From positions 1 to 64,000 of IMG/VR virus record IMGVR_UViG_3300037189_011323: a DNA stretch of 64,000 bases; one strand, given 5' to 3'. The stretch is from an uncultured virus (IMG/VR IMGVR_UViG_3300037189_011323) (taxonomy: Duplodnaviria; Heunggongvirae; Uroviricota; Caudoviricetes). This document shows positions 9,180 through 17,786 of the stretch, in pieces (within the stretch, counting starts at the first letter, position 1; every line of letters begins with the position of its first letter). Below the pieces are notes generated by a model. That model saw only the letters and a program-made list of their open reading frames with translations, was not told the DNA's origin and made no database searches. Made by a program: the position numbers and the translations under genes.

Positions 9180-9525
9180 TTAGTTTCATTTAGACTGGAT
9201 TTTGGACATAGATTTCCTTAAGCAGGAAATCCATATCCAAACAGCTTCATTTGAGCTATCATAAGGACATTAGCAAACGGAACTTGAAACCAAGTGGGGC
9301 GGTTAGCCTGTACCCCTTCACATCCTGTAGATTTTACCAACGGACCTACTATAAACCCTTGCTAACGAACTTATATTAGTAGAGGTTGCTTTTTCTCAGA
9401 GCCTCAATCATTTAGCCTAACGTTTGGCCAAACGATTCCATCATAGCAATGTCGGGGTGCTACCAACCTTCAGTTAATACCTATTTGTGGATATGCTGCC
9501 TAAATTGCCTGTGAGCCAAAGGTGA
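9180..9525 (-). ncRNA. Candidate large structured non-coding RNA (family not recognised)
   Basis: No ORF. At least 8 stems; mismatches in the long stems resolve as G-U pairs on the minus strand; a loop has a complementary downstream partner (pseudoknot). Confidence 0.6.
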
Positions 9526-9554
9526 GTTATAATCTATATATCGTAAAATTAAAA

Positions 9555-10112
9555 TTACCAGAGATTTTCTTCAAAGCCTAATTGTATTGCTATTCGTGTT
9601 TCTGGAATGTTTTCTACACTGTGTGGTACAAAAGCATTCAACAGTGTCCATTTATACAATGGAACTACAATACTGTCAATTTCTTTTACCTGGTCATACT
9701 CTAATTGTAGCCCACGTGAAAGATTAATAGAACTGTCAATTGCCTCGTAAAAAACAGTTCTATGATGTTCTCCGCCTGTTTGTATCAAATACATTAGTGT
9801 GTATTTTCTTGTTCTGTCAATATGCGGAGCAACCATACTACCCCGCACTACTGTTGTTTGAGCCAAACTACAGCCATTAAACTTATCACTTATATTAGTT
9901 TTAATCCAATCAAATAGCTGTGGATGCAGTGATTGTTTATGAAATCTTTTGTTTTGCTCCTCTATATCATTACGAACTATAGTTCTGTCCATGTATGGTA
10001 TAGTTGGATTTTGAACATAAGGATCAAATATATCTTGCGAAGTATAATTTAAAGTTAGATCAATTAACTGTGTTGGAACACTTGGTAAATTGTCTAATAT
10101 CTTGTAATGCAT
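9555..10112 (-). CDS. Putative 2OG-Fe(II)/cupin-type dioxygenase
   Basis: HxD (APHID), distal His (VPHSVEN) and Arg (RIAIQ), the facial-triad pattern of the DSBH fold; TAATG-coupled to the upstream gene. Confidence 0.6.
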   Translation of the reverse strand: MHYKILDNLPSVPTQLIDLTLNYTSQDIFDPYVQNPTIPYMDRTIVRNDIEEQNKRFHKQSLHPQLFDWIKTNISDKFNGCSLAQTTVVRGSMVAPHIDRTRKYTLMYLIQTGGEHHRTVFYEAIDSSINLSRGLQLEYDQVKEIDSIVVPLYKWTLLNAFVPHSVENIPETRIAIQLGFEENLW

Positions 10113-10966
10113 TACTCACCCCTAATACTTTTAATAATTTTTATAAATTTGTTTTCACTTGTAATTTCTATTCTACCAAATTCATTAACAAAATCTTTCC
10201 AAGATTGGTTATTACGAATTGTCTTGATTTGATTGTTTATATTTTGAATTTGTTCTTGAGATAAGTTGGCACCAACTAAAACTATACTATCTTGCAATAG
10301 TGGTAGATCCACAGCCTTTGGTAGCAATTTATATACGCTTGGTATTGTGACACCATCTTTAACAATATCACTTTCACTACCACTAAACAAACAATTTACT
10401 TTGTCTAAATTTTTACCTAACCATTCACTATCAACAAGAGTATAATCAAATTCATTGCCTAGAATTACTTCTCTAGCCTTACCACTATTGCCTACAATTA
10501 CAATATTTGCACTGTCTCCATTAGGAAACGCACCTATGATTTTTTGAATTATATTATTGCTTGCTGTGGTAATTGCAATGTTTTTGCGAGTAGTCTTATC
10601 TAAGAAATTCTGCATTCCTAAATTAGTTTTATCTTTGCGATAACAAAGACTGTAACTATAATAGTATAGTTCTTGGATCACTTTAACATTATCACTATAT
10701 GTTAGTTTACAAGCATCATCAACTACACCCCAACTACCTGTAAGATAAACTAATGGTTGTTTTTCATTCTCAATTGCATTTTTAACAACTGCACAATTTG
10801 GTAGAGCATTTATGGTATTTTTGATACCAGATTTTTCCTGTATTTCTTGTAGTATTGTTGCAGTTTTACCAGTAACTCCACCTGGTGGAACGCCAACTGT
10901 AATATCAAAAGCATATGCATTTGATGCAAATAAAACTGCAAATAATGTTGTAATATATCGTATCAT
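10112..10966 (-). CDS. TctC/Bug-like extracytoplasmic substrate-binding protein
   Basis: Real start is probably ATG 10966 (AAGGAG RBS). Signal peptide ends ANAYA-like (SNAYA), then ITVGVPPGGVT, resembling the Bug/TctC PxxxGG motif; adjacent to tctA. Confidence 0.6.
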   Translation of the reverse strand: MIRYITTLFAVLFASNAYAFDITVGVPPGGVTGKTATILQEIQEKSGIKNTINALPNCAVVKNAIENEKQPLVYLTGSWGVVDDACKLTYSDNVKVIQELYYYSYSLCYRKDKTNLGMQNFLDKTTRKNIAITTASNNIIQKIIGAFPNGDSANIVIVGNSGKAREVILGNEFDYTLVDSEWLGKNLDKVNCLFSGSESDIVKDGVTIPSVYKLLPKAVDLPLLQDSIVLVGANLSQEQIQNINNQIKTIRNNQSWKDFVNEFGRIEITSENKFIKIIKSIRGE

Positions 10967-10976
10967 TCTATTCTCC

Positions 10977-12278
10977 TTAAAAATATAAATTATACACAAT
11001 GTGTATAACTGAATCAAATTGTTGCGCCAGCAAAAACCCTAATACTAGTGGTAATAAGTCATGTCGTCGTAACAAAAACCCAATCGGTGCAAAAATTGCA
11101 CTACAAATCAAATAAAAAGAAAGTTGATTTGTATTATACCCCATTTGAAATACTGCAAATAATAACAAAACTATACTTAAAGTATTAAAAAGTCTTAATC
11201 TTTTAACCATTGCTTTAACTAAACTTGCAGCAAGCGGCCAACTGCAAACAAACCCAATTATATTTGCGAATCCAAAAATAGCAAATATCCACCAAAAATT
11301 ATTAACCAACCAATCATAACTGTAATTTAAACCACGAGTAGATGTAATATCATATAGTAGATATTCACTTGCATTTATTGGTATCGCAAAACAAAACAAT
11401 GGAATAAAACTAGCAACCAATCCACTGTTATGTGCACTATCACTAGAAACCAAACCACGTATATCACCATCTTTGTTATATGTTTTACGATTAACAAACT
11501 TTTCAACAGCCCATGCAAAATTACTGCTAATAGTAATACCCAACGAAGGTATAAAACCACAAACAAAACCAATTATACTACCTCGCATAAAAGTATAAGG
11601 ATTTATATCAATAATGTATTTTTTGCTTTTTATGTTAACTAGATTTTTGATTTGTGCTGATGACGATAACATCATGGGTAAACTATATAGAAACACTAAT
11701 ATAATAATAGTAGGTATACCGCCATATAGATAAGGAATATCAAAGGTGGCGAATTGTTGTTTTGTTACTGGATCATACCCTACTTTACCTATAAAATAAC
11801 CACTTACCAAAAATACCGCAGATAATAATATATTTTTACTAGTGAATATAGTAATAAGGTAAGTTAACAATAATATACAAAACTGTAGTTTGAAATTGTA
11901 TAAAACAGAGTAATTGTTACCTATCCAAAAAATGCTACAAGCTAATATGACTGCTACAATACTACCTAAAAAACTTGCCATAGCGCCACTGCCTAATGCA
12001 GTATTAGCTTGACCACGTAGTGTTAACGCATATCCTTCTTTGACACTTGGTAAACTAGTAGTTTCAGTTGGTATACCAAGTATTGTTGCACTAGCACCAC
12101 CAAAATACTGTGTACATGTAACCATACCAATATAAAAACTTAAAACATTATGTGGGTCTAAATCAATTAATAGTGGATAAAACAATACCATAGCCAAACT
12201 GTTATGTAAGCCAGGCATAATTCCAACAAATAAACCAGTTGCGCACCCTAATAATGCAAAAAGTATTATTTCACTCAC
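10977..12278 (-). CDS. tctA: Tripartite tricarboxylate transporter large permease, TctA family
   Basis: Multi-TM protein with GIMPGL, YFGG.SATILGIP, EGYAL..RGQA, G..PSLG and SDSAHNS motifs. Confidence 0.85.
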   Translation of the reverse strand: MSEIILFALLGCATGLFVGIMPGLHNSLAMVLFYPLLIDLDPHNVLSFYIGMVTCTQYFGGASATILGIPTETTSLPSVKEGYALTLRGQANTALGSGAMASFLGSIVAVILACSIFWIGNNYSVLYNFKLQFCILLLTYLITIFTSKNILLSAVFLVSGYFIGKVGYDPVTKQQFATFDIPYLYGGIPTIIILVFLYSLPMMLSSSAQIKNLVNIKSKKYIIDINPYTFMRGSIIGFVCGFIPSLGITISSNFAWAVEKFVNRKTYNKDGDIRGLVSSDSAHNSGLVASFIPLFCFAIPINASEYLLYDITSTRGLNYSYDWLVNNFWWIFAIFGFANIIGFVCSWPLAASLVKAMVKRLRLFNTLSIVLLLFAVFQMGYNTNQLSFYLICSAIFAPIGFLLRRHDLLPLVLGFLLAQQFDSVIHIVYNLYF

Positions 12279-13368
12279 CTAACAAATACCTTTTGCTCCA
12301 TGTTCCAACTAAACCGTTGTGTATATTGTTTCCATTTATAAAATATGGATCAACATTATTTGAAATCCATTCTAAACCTGTAAAATATTCCGTAGCAAAA
12401 TCACTGTTACTATCCCATATCCACCGATTCTTTTCTTTTAATATTGATTTTTCTTTTCCTAAACTAAAAGTTTTATCACTCCAATATGGATAACATGCGG
12501 CACGTACCGCAGAAAAATATTCGCCACCATTGAAATTACCATCATTATTGAAGTTTTTTTCTATAAATTCAAGTGTATAAGTTTTATTAATATAATTTTT
12601 CACTAAGTGTGATTGTTTTATTGTTACTAATGGCGAGTCAGGACTTACATAAAAAGGTTCTAAACTTATTGGTGATATTGAATTATAACTATTTCCAAAA
12701 TTATAAGCATTAGTTACATCTAAAAAAGCACTATACCAAACACCATTTTCAAACCAAATTCGTGGTTTTTCTAATCCAATTATTACACCTACTTTATTTT
12801 TTTCACTCTTCTTTAACCAATCACTATTTTCAAAAATTAATTTTGGTTTACATAGTTGTTCTAGTGATAGTGATGGTTCACTTGTCATAAACCACTCTAT
12901 ATTTGGCATTATACCTTTTTCAAATTGTGGTTTCATATCCATTTTTGAAACTTTTATACCATTAATGATAATGATTGAGTTAAGCAATTCACTACCAGCA
13001 TTTAAAACTTCACTGTTTGCTAAATTGTTTTGTAAATCATAACTGCTATACCAATAAGCAACTTCATCTATTTTAATATTATTTTTGAGAAATACTTTAA
13101 GTGCATTACTGCTATCGCTGCCACCGCTATAAAGTAAAATAAGATAATCATACTTTTGACGCAGCTGTAATGCTCGTTCCATGTATAAATCTTCAATATT
13201 TGATTGCGGTTCATTTTTCCAATCATGACTACCAAAAATATTATCATGGTAATAAAAACGTATATCATAGCTGTTTCGTGATTGCGCCTCTATAATAGTC
13301 TGTAGTTTGTTATAATAAATGTGTTGATTGTCTAACAACCAATGACCAAACTGTGCTGCATTACTCAT
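12271..13368 (-). CDS. PP-loop (adenine nucleotide alpha-hydrolase-like) protein
   Basis: YDYLILLYSGGSDS carries the SGGxDS PP-loop. Start reassigned to ATG 13368, just after a sigma70-type promoter. Confidence 0.6.
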   Translation of the reverse strand: MSNAAQFGHWLLDNQHIYYNKLQTIIEAQSRNSYDIRFYYHDNIFGSHDWKNEPQSNIEDLYMERALQLRQKYDYLILLYSGGSDSSNALKVFLKNNIKIDEVAYWYSSYDLQNNLANSEVLNAGSELLNSIIIINGIKVSKMDMKPQFEKGIMPNIEWFMTSEPSLSLEQLCKPKLIFENSDWLKKSEKNKVGVIIGLEKPRIWFENGVWYSAFLDVTNAYNFGNSYNSISPISLEPFYVSPDSPLVTIKQSHLVKNYINKTYTLEFIEKNFNNDGNFNGGEYFSAVRAACYPYWSDKTFSLGKEKSILKEKNRWIWDSNSDFATEYFTGLEWISNNVDPYFINGNNIHNGLVGTWSKRYLLGE

Positions 13369-13373
13369 AAAAA

Positions 13374-13402
13374 ACCTTAACAAAAAAATATATATAAGTC
13401 AA
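13374..13402 (-). promoter_or_regulatory. Sigma70-type promoter of the accessory operon (leaderless)
   Basis: TTGACT-17 nt-TAAGGT with TGn extension, 5 nt before ATG 13368. Confidence 0.65.
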
Positions 13403-13409
13403 TTTTTGT

Positions 13410-13512
13410 TAGCAGTTTACTGCATACAGCACGGCGTCTCTTGGCTCTAACCAGATAAAAGGATCACTATCCTTTGCGTCGTTTTTATTGCTGACGCCAC
13501 TATGTGGCGTTA
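13410..13512. other. Compact GC-rich structured intergenic element
   Basis: Stems AAAGGAT/ATCCTTT, ACGCCAC/GTGGCGT, CAGC/GCTG and ACGGCGT/GCGTCGT within ~100 nt. Confidence 0.45.
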
Positions 13513-13524
13513 CGAAATTATTTA

Positions 13525-14040
13525 TTATGCACAAGCAAGTGCTACAAAATCTTTATTCAATGACCAAAAACGATCATAATCCATAATTGCCCAACGAATA
13601 TCTTTATACTGATATAGCATATGATATTCTACAAACAGCGGCACATCATAATGTTGGTCAAATTCCAATGCTACAAACTTGCCTTTACGGTTAAACTTCA
13701 TAAACAATATATTAAAGTCACCTTCATCAGCAACATCCATAAGCTGATCTATCCAACCATCTAATTGTTTACAACTACCGCTGAATAGTTGATGAAATGG
13801 AAAGTCACCATAGTTTTTACATTCGCAATTAAACTTTGGAAAACTTTGCCCAGGTATAATATCACCTTTGAATGATCTTATTTGACCTTCATGTAATATT
13901 TCTTTACGTTTTGTATTAGCACCGCCAATATAAGCACCACTATTAGGAACACGGATAAATGGTTCACCATATAATTCTGTTAGGTGTTTGGCAACTTCAC
14001 GTTCCCAACTATTGCCTTTTGTTTTACTTTTACTGGTCAT
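13525..14040 (-). CDS. Holliday junction resolvase, Hjc-like PD-(D/E)xK nuclease
   Basis: KGNSWEREVA, RVPNSGA, GDII and ECKN; directly downstream of gp46. Confidence 0.8.
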   Translation of the reverse strand: MTSKSKTKGNSWEREVAKHLTELYGEPFIRVPNSGAYIGGANTKRKEILHEGQIRSFKGDIIPGQSFPKFNCECKNYGDFPFHQLFSGSCKQLDGWIDQLMDVADEGDFNILFMKFNRKGKFVALEFDQHYDVPLFVEYHMLYQYKDIRWAIMDYDRFWSLNKDFVALACA

Positions 14041-15809
14041 ACTGTAGTTATGTCGCTTCCATAACTAGTAAAACCATTTTCTTTTGTTACAGTAAGAATA
14101 TTATTAACACGGCCACTTAATTCTTCACGATGTGATACAAGGAAAATACTCTTGCCACGCTCACGTGTCATACGTTTAAGAATAGCCAAACTGTTTTCAA
14201 CACCACTGGCATCCATACCACTATCAATCAATTCATCAATAAACAACAAATTAATATTTTGGTATAGATTTTCCCAAACATCACGAAACGCCCAACTTAG
14301 TGAAAGAATAAGACGATTGCGTTCACCACGTGATAAGTTATCAAAATCAAGGTCACGACCAAGTTCAGTAATTTCTACAGATAGGTCATTAATAAACTTA
14401 ACTTCATGTGGTAATCCAATAGAACTCAAGTATGCGCCAAGTCTGCTATTAAGATAGTTAAGGTTCTGATCAATAATCTTCTTACGAACAAAACTATCTT
14501 TGCTTACGAGCATTTTAAGTAAGAACTCTTGGTGTTCTTGCATTTGTGTGAGATTATTAATAGTATCCCAACTAATTTCAACCAGTGCAGTGCTTTCCAT
14601 ATCACCAATTTGTTCACTATATGGATCAGTTTCTGTTGCTTTCTTTTCTAACGTGACCGCAAGATTGTCAACCGTGCTACGATGTTCAAGTGCTTGTTCT
14701 AACGTGTCATATATTACAGTGGGTGCATCACCAATATCTGCAAATTGTTCAAGCACAGCCATGTGTTCCCAACGTTGTGTTTCATTTGACAGTATTTGTG
14801 CTACGCTTTCACCAAGTAGTTTCTTTTTAGACTCAATCATTTTTTCTTGATTACTATCATGTAACTCACCACCACAAGCATAACAACGGTGATCTTTGAG
14901 TTGTGCTATTTCTTGAGTAAGTTTATCACGTGTGCGTTCTTCTTTTGCATTAGCAGCATCAATACTTGCAATCCATTTCTTGGCTTGGTCACGCCTCTTT
15001 ACACCTTCATGGTATAGAGCAAGCGCACGATGATTAGCAATTTCTTCATCAATATCAATAGCAACAAGATCACGTAGGTGTTTTTCTAGCGTAAGAACAT
15101 CTTCTTCGTGTTTAGTATGCCATAGTTTTTGACGTTTTTTTAAATTTTCAATTTGTTCTGCAATACGCAGATTAGCATCTTGCTGTGCCTTAATACGAAT
15201 CTTTTCTTCTGTAATAGCATCTTTGGTTGATTTAATTTGGCTTTTAAGTTGTTCAGCCTTTTCACTTAAGATTGTAACACCAAGCAACTGCTCAATAATT
15301 TGGCGTTGGTCATTGGCTCGCATTGCCAAGAATGGTTCTGTATAAGTGTTGAGTGCCACAACATGCTTGAACATGTCATGTGTCATACCAAGCAGTCGTT
15401 CAATGTCACCTTGTGTTTCACGGCTGTCACCTTGGCTATCATCTACATAATCAGTTTGTTCATTGCCATTAATATATAATTTAGTAAACGTAGGTTTTCT
15501 GCCACGTTCAATGCGATAATCTACCCCACCAACTTCAAAGTCAACCGTAACAACCATGTTCTTGGCATTGGTTTTGTTAATAAGGTTATCTTTCTTGATA
15601 TTAGTAAGGGCTTGACCGTAGAGACCATAACTCAAAGCATTTATAATGGTTGTCTTACCTGTTCCATTACGTGCTCCAGTATCATCACCTCCTAAATCCA
15701 AGTTCTCTCCGAGTACAAGAGTTAGGTCACTACGGTCAAAGTGTACAGCTTGGGTCGCATTACCCACGCTCATAAAGTTTTTAGCGGTAAGACTTTTAAG
15801 TTTCAACAT
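14037..15809 (-). CDS. gp46: Recombination endonuclease ATPase subunit, gp46/SbcC/Rad50-like
   Basis: Walker A NGTGKT, coiled coil with CYAC zinc hook, LSRGE signature and LLFIDE Walker B. Confidence 0.95.
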   Translation of the reverse strand: MLKLKSLTAKNFMSVGNATQAVHFDRSDLTLVLGENLDLGGDDTGARNGTGKTTIINALSYGLYGQALTNIKKDNLINKTNAKNMVVTVDFEVGGVDYRIERGRKPTFTKLYINGNEQTDYVDDSQGDSRETQGDIERLLGMTHDMFKHVVALNTYTEPFLAMRANDQRQIIEQLLGVTILSEKAEQLKSQIKSTKDAITEEKIRIKAQQDANLRIAEQIENLKKRQKLWHTKHEEDVLTLEKHLRDLVAIDIDEEIANHRALALYHEGVKRRDQAKKWIASIDAANAKEERTRDKLTQEIAQLKDHRCYACGGELHDSNQEKMIESKKKLLGESVAQILSNETQRWEHMAVLEQFADIGDAPTVIYDTLEQALEHRSTVDNLAVTLEKKATETDPYSEQIGDMESTALVEISWDTINNLTQMQEHQEFLLKMLVSKDSFVRKKIIDQNLNYLNSRLGAYLSSIGLPHEVKFINDLSVEITELGRDLDFDNLSRGERNRLILSLSWAFRDVWENLYQNINLLFIDELIDSGMDASGVENSLAILKRMTRERGKSIFLVSHREELSGRVNNILTVTKENGFTSYGSDITTV

Positions 15810-15815
15810 ATTATT

Positions 15816-15844
15816 ACCATATCACAATTAAAGGCTATTGTAAA
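15816..15844 (-). promoter_or_regulatory. Sigma70-type promoter of gp46 (leaderless)
   Basis: TTTACA-17 nt-TATGGT with TGn extension, 6 nt before ATG 15809. Confidence 0.5.
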
Positions 15845-16841
15845 TTTCCATCAACAACTTGGTGTCATAGTGTTGTGTATCAAGATTTTGTATTTGATTT
15901 AACACAATCTGGTCAACTGACTCAAACTTAACATCACCAAGTGTATCTTCACGTAGCACTTCACCACGTTGTTGTATAAGACTTAATTCACGAACAGCAA
16001 ATGTTTTAACCATTTCTTCTTTAATAAATGTTGCTTCTTCATAAGAAATGTTAATATCAATGTTTACACGTGCATAGGTTTTATCATTTAAATGTTTGTC
16101 TGCTTCATCAATAAGTTGTGATAGTGTAAGAACTCTATAGCGTGGAGCATCAGCCCAATTATGATAAACTGGTTCGGCACCCCAAGTTAAAATCATTGCA
16201 CCACGAGCATCGTCCCAAGCATCAGCATAATTATGAGGAAAGGCGTTGCCAATATAATGTATGTTGCCCTTACGCTGACGTTTATGAAAATGTCCTGTAA
16301 AAACCGTTCCAACATTTGAAAACTCCTCACTATTTAATCCTCCGTGGTCAGGCATTTCTACCATTGCATTCATAAGAAACTGCGGTAATTCAAAATGACC
16401 CATAACATAGCGTGACTTAATCTTACGCATATTTTTATGTTCTTCACCAATCAACCATGGCACAAAGGTAACATCACCTTCGGTATGTTGGTCCATAATT
16501 AATTCAATATTTTTAAACTTTTCAATATAACGAATACTTGTTATGGTTCGTCTGTCTTTGTGATAAAGATCATGGTTACCAGGAATAAAAAGTACACGTG
16601 TGCCAATATTATTAAGGCGTTCAAGAATCCGTATTGAATGATCCATAGTATTAATATTAAGACTATTCCGTGTATCATGAAAATCTCCAAGAAACAGCAC
16701 TGTGTCACATTCTTGAGTTTTAACTAGATCCAAGAACCAATCTATATAACGATCACAATCGTTTAAGAACAGTTGACTGTTCTGTTTGTACCCAAGGTGT
16801 AGGTCGGTAAAAACCGCAGCTTTTTTGAACAGATTAGACAT
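15828..16841 (-). CDS. gp47: Recombination endonuclease nuclease subunit, gp47/SbcD/Mre11-like
   Basis: Metallophosphoesterase motifs DLH, GDFHD, GNHD, GHF and GHFH. Confidence 0.95.
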   Translation of the reverse strand: MSNLFKKAAVFTDLHLGYKQNSQLFLNDCDRYIDWFLDLVKTQECDTVLFLGDFHDTRNSLNINTMDHSIRILERLNNIGTRVLFIPGNHDLYHKDRRTITSIRYIEKFKNIELIMDQHTEGDVTFVPWLIGEEHKNMRKIKSRYVMGHFELPQFLMNAMVEMPDHGGLNSEEFSNVGTVFTGHFHKRQRKGNIHYIGNAFPHNYADAWDDARGAMILTWGAEPVYHNWADAPRYRVLTLSQLIDEADKHLNDKTYARVNIDINISYEEATFIKEEMVKTFAVRELSLIQQRGEVLREDTLGDVKFESVDQIVLNQIQNLDTQHYDTKLLMEIYNSL

Positions 16842-16847
16842 ATTACT

Positions 16848-16876
16848 AACCTAACAGTTTAGTGTTTAGTTGTCAA
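16848..16876 (-). promoter_or_regulatory. Sigma70-type promoter of gp47 (leaderless)
   Basis: TTGACA-17 nt-TAGGTT with TGn extension, 6 nt before ATG 16841. Confidence 0.65.
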
Positions 16877-16878
16877 TA

Positions 16879-17727
16879 TTAATCATTAAAACCAAAATCA
16901 CCACCGCTACCGCCGCCTCTTATGGCGTTGTCTGTTTGACGGGTATAACTTGGATTAAGTCCATTTGCTTCAAGGATGTCGTCACGTAAATGTTGATTTC
17001 TCTTCTCAACATTAAGGACTCTAGTAAAACTATTGGTAATAGTAGCAGTATAATAAGCAAAAGGATTATTAGATTTGCTTTCGTCAAATTGCAACCCTAC
17101 CTGTGATAACTGTAACAATGCTTGGCTTCGCATTTCATCATTATATGTATAACCACGCCAGTTGCCTTTACTACCATACCGTTCACATAGCTTGATAAAC
17201 ATACGTGCTAGATTATTGGTAATCTTGCCATGGTCACGATTAAAGCAACCATTCTCTAGTCCACCCTCCCAATGTGATTTACCACAGCATATAAGTTCAC
17301 CTGCTTCATTATATCTATAATGTTGGAATGGTGGGAAGTTTACTTTGACGTGGTGGTCAGCAGTTGTCTTAAGACTTTTCTTTCTGCCAGGTGCCAATGG
17401 AATATGATCCCATGTAGTGATTCTAAAAATTACTTCTGTTTTTGGAATTGCTTGCCAATCAACTGTATGTTGGTCTAATTTTGTTTTCTTACCATCAACG
17501 TTTGATGCTTCCCATGCTTGCTTTGCCAACCTATCAGCACGTGCACGTTTGGCTTCTGCAACAGTCTTCTGATTAATTTTAGTAATACTTGGAAGAATCA
17601 AATCATAAACACAATCTTCGGGTGTTAAAAATTCACAGTAAGTATTTTTACTTCTAGCAATTTCTTTAAGAAGTTCTTTATTTGTAAGATATGGAGTTCT
17701 TTTGGTTGGTGTTTTTGTTATTGTCAT
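16879..17727 (-). CDS. gp55: Late-transcription sigma factor, gp55-like
   Basis: YLTNKELL, NWRGYTYNDEM and FDESKSNNPFAYYT motifs; adjacent to gp47 as in T4-like phages. Confidence 0.85.
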   Translation of the reverse strand: MTITKTPTKRTPYLTNKELLKEIARSKNTYCEFLTPEDCVYDLILPSITKINQKTVAEAKRARADRLAKQAWEASNVDGKKTKLDQHTVDWQAIPKTEVIFRITTWDHIPLAPGRKKSLKTTADHHVKVNFPPFQHYRYNEAGELICCGKSHWEGGLENGCFNRDHGKITNNLARMFIKLCERYGSKGNWRGYTYNDEMRSQALLQLSQVGLQFDESKSNNPFAYYTATITNSFTRVLNVEKRNQHLRDDILEANGLNPSYTRQTDNAIRGGGSGGDFGFND

Positions 17728-17757
17728 GACTCAATTATATATGGTTATTTTAATAAA

Positions 17758-17764
17758 ATAAATA
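17758..17764 (+). promoter_or_regulatory. Late promoter (ATAAATA) of the baseplate operon
   Basis: Resembles the T4 late promoter TATAAATA. The same core occurs at 3481(-), 3788(-), 5604(-), 7994(+), 8015(-), 13519(-), 26175(+), 26595(+), 44736(+), 46344(+), 48015(+) and 49653(+). Confidence 0.7.
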
Positions 17765-17786
17765 TTTTTGTTGAGAATTTTTTCAT

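Noticed and set aside
9118..9186. GTTCAGGGACTAT resembles the group I intron R element
   Set aside because: No convincing P, Q or S elements and no interrupted gene. The sequence is explained by a terminator-like hairpin.
13490..13517. CTGA..stem..GAAA resembling a hammerhead core
   Set aside because: CUGANGA is not satisfied (CUGACGC), and stems I and III cannot be built.
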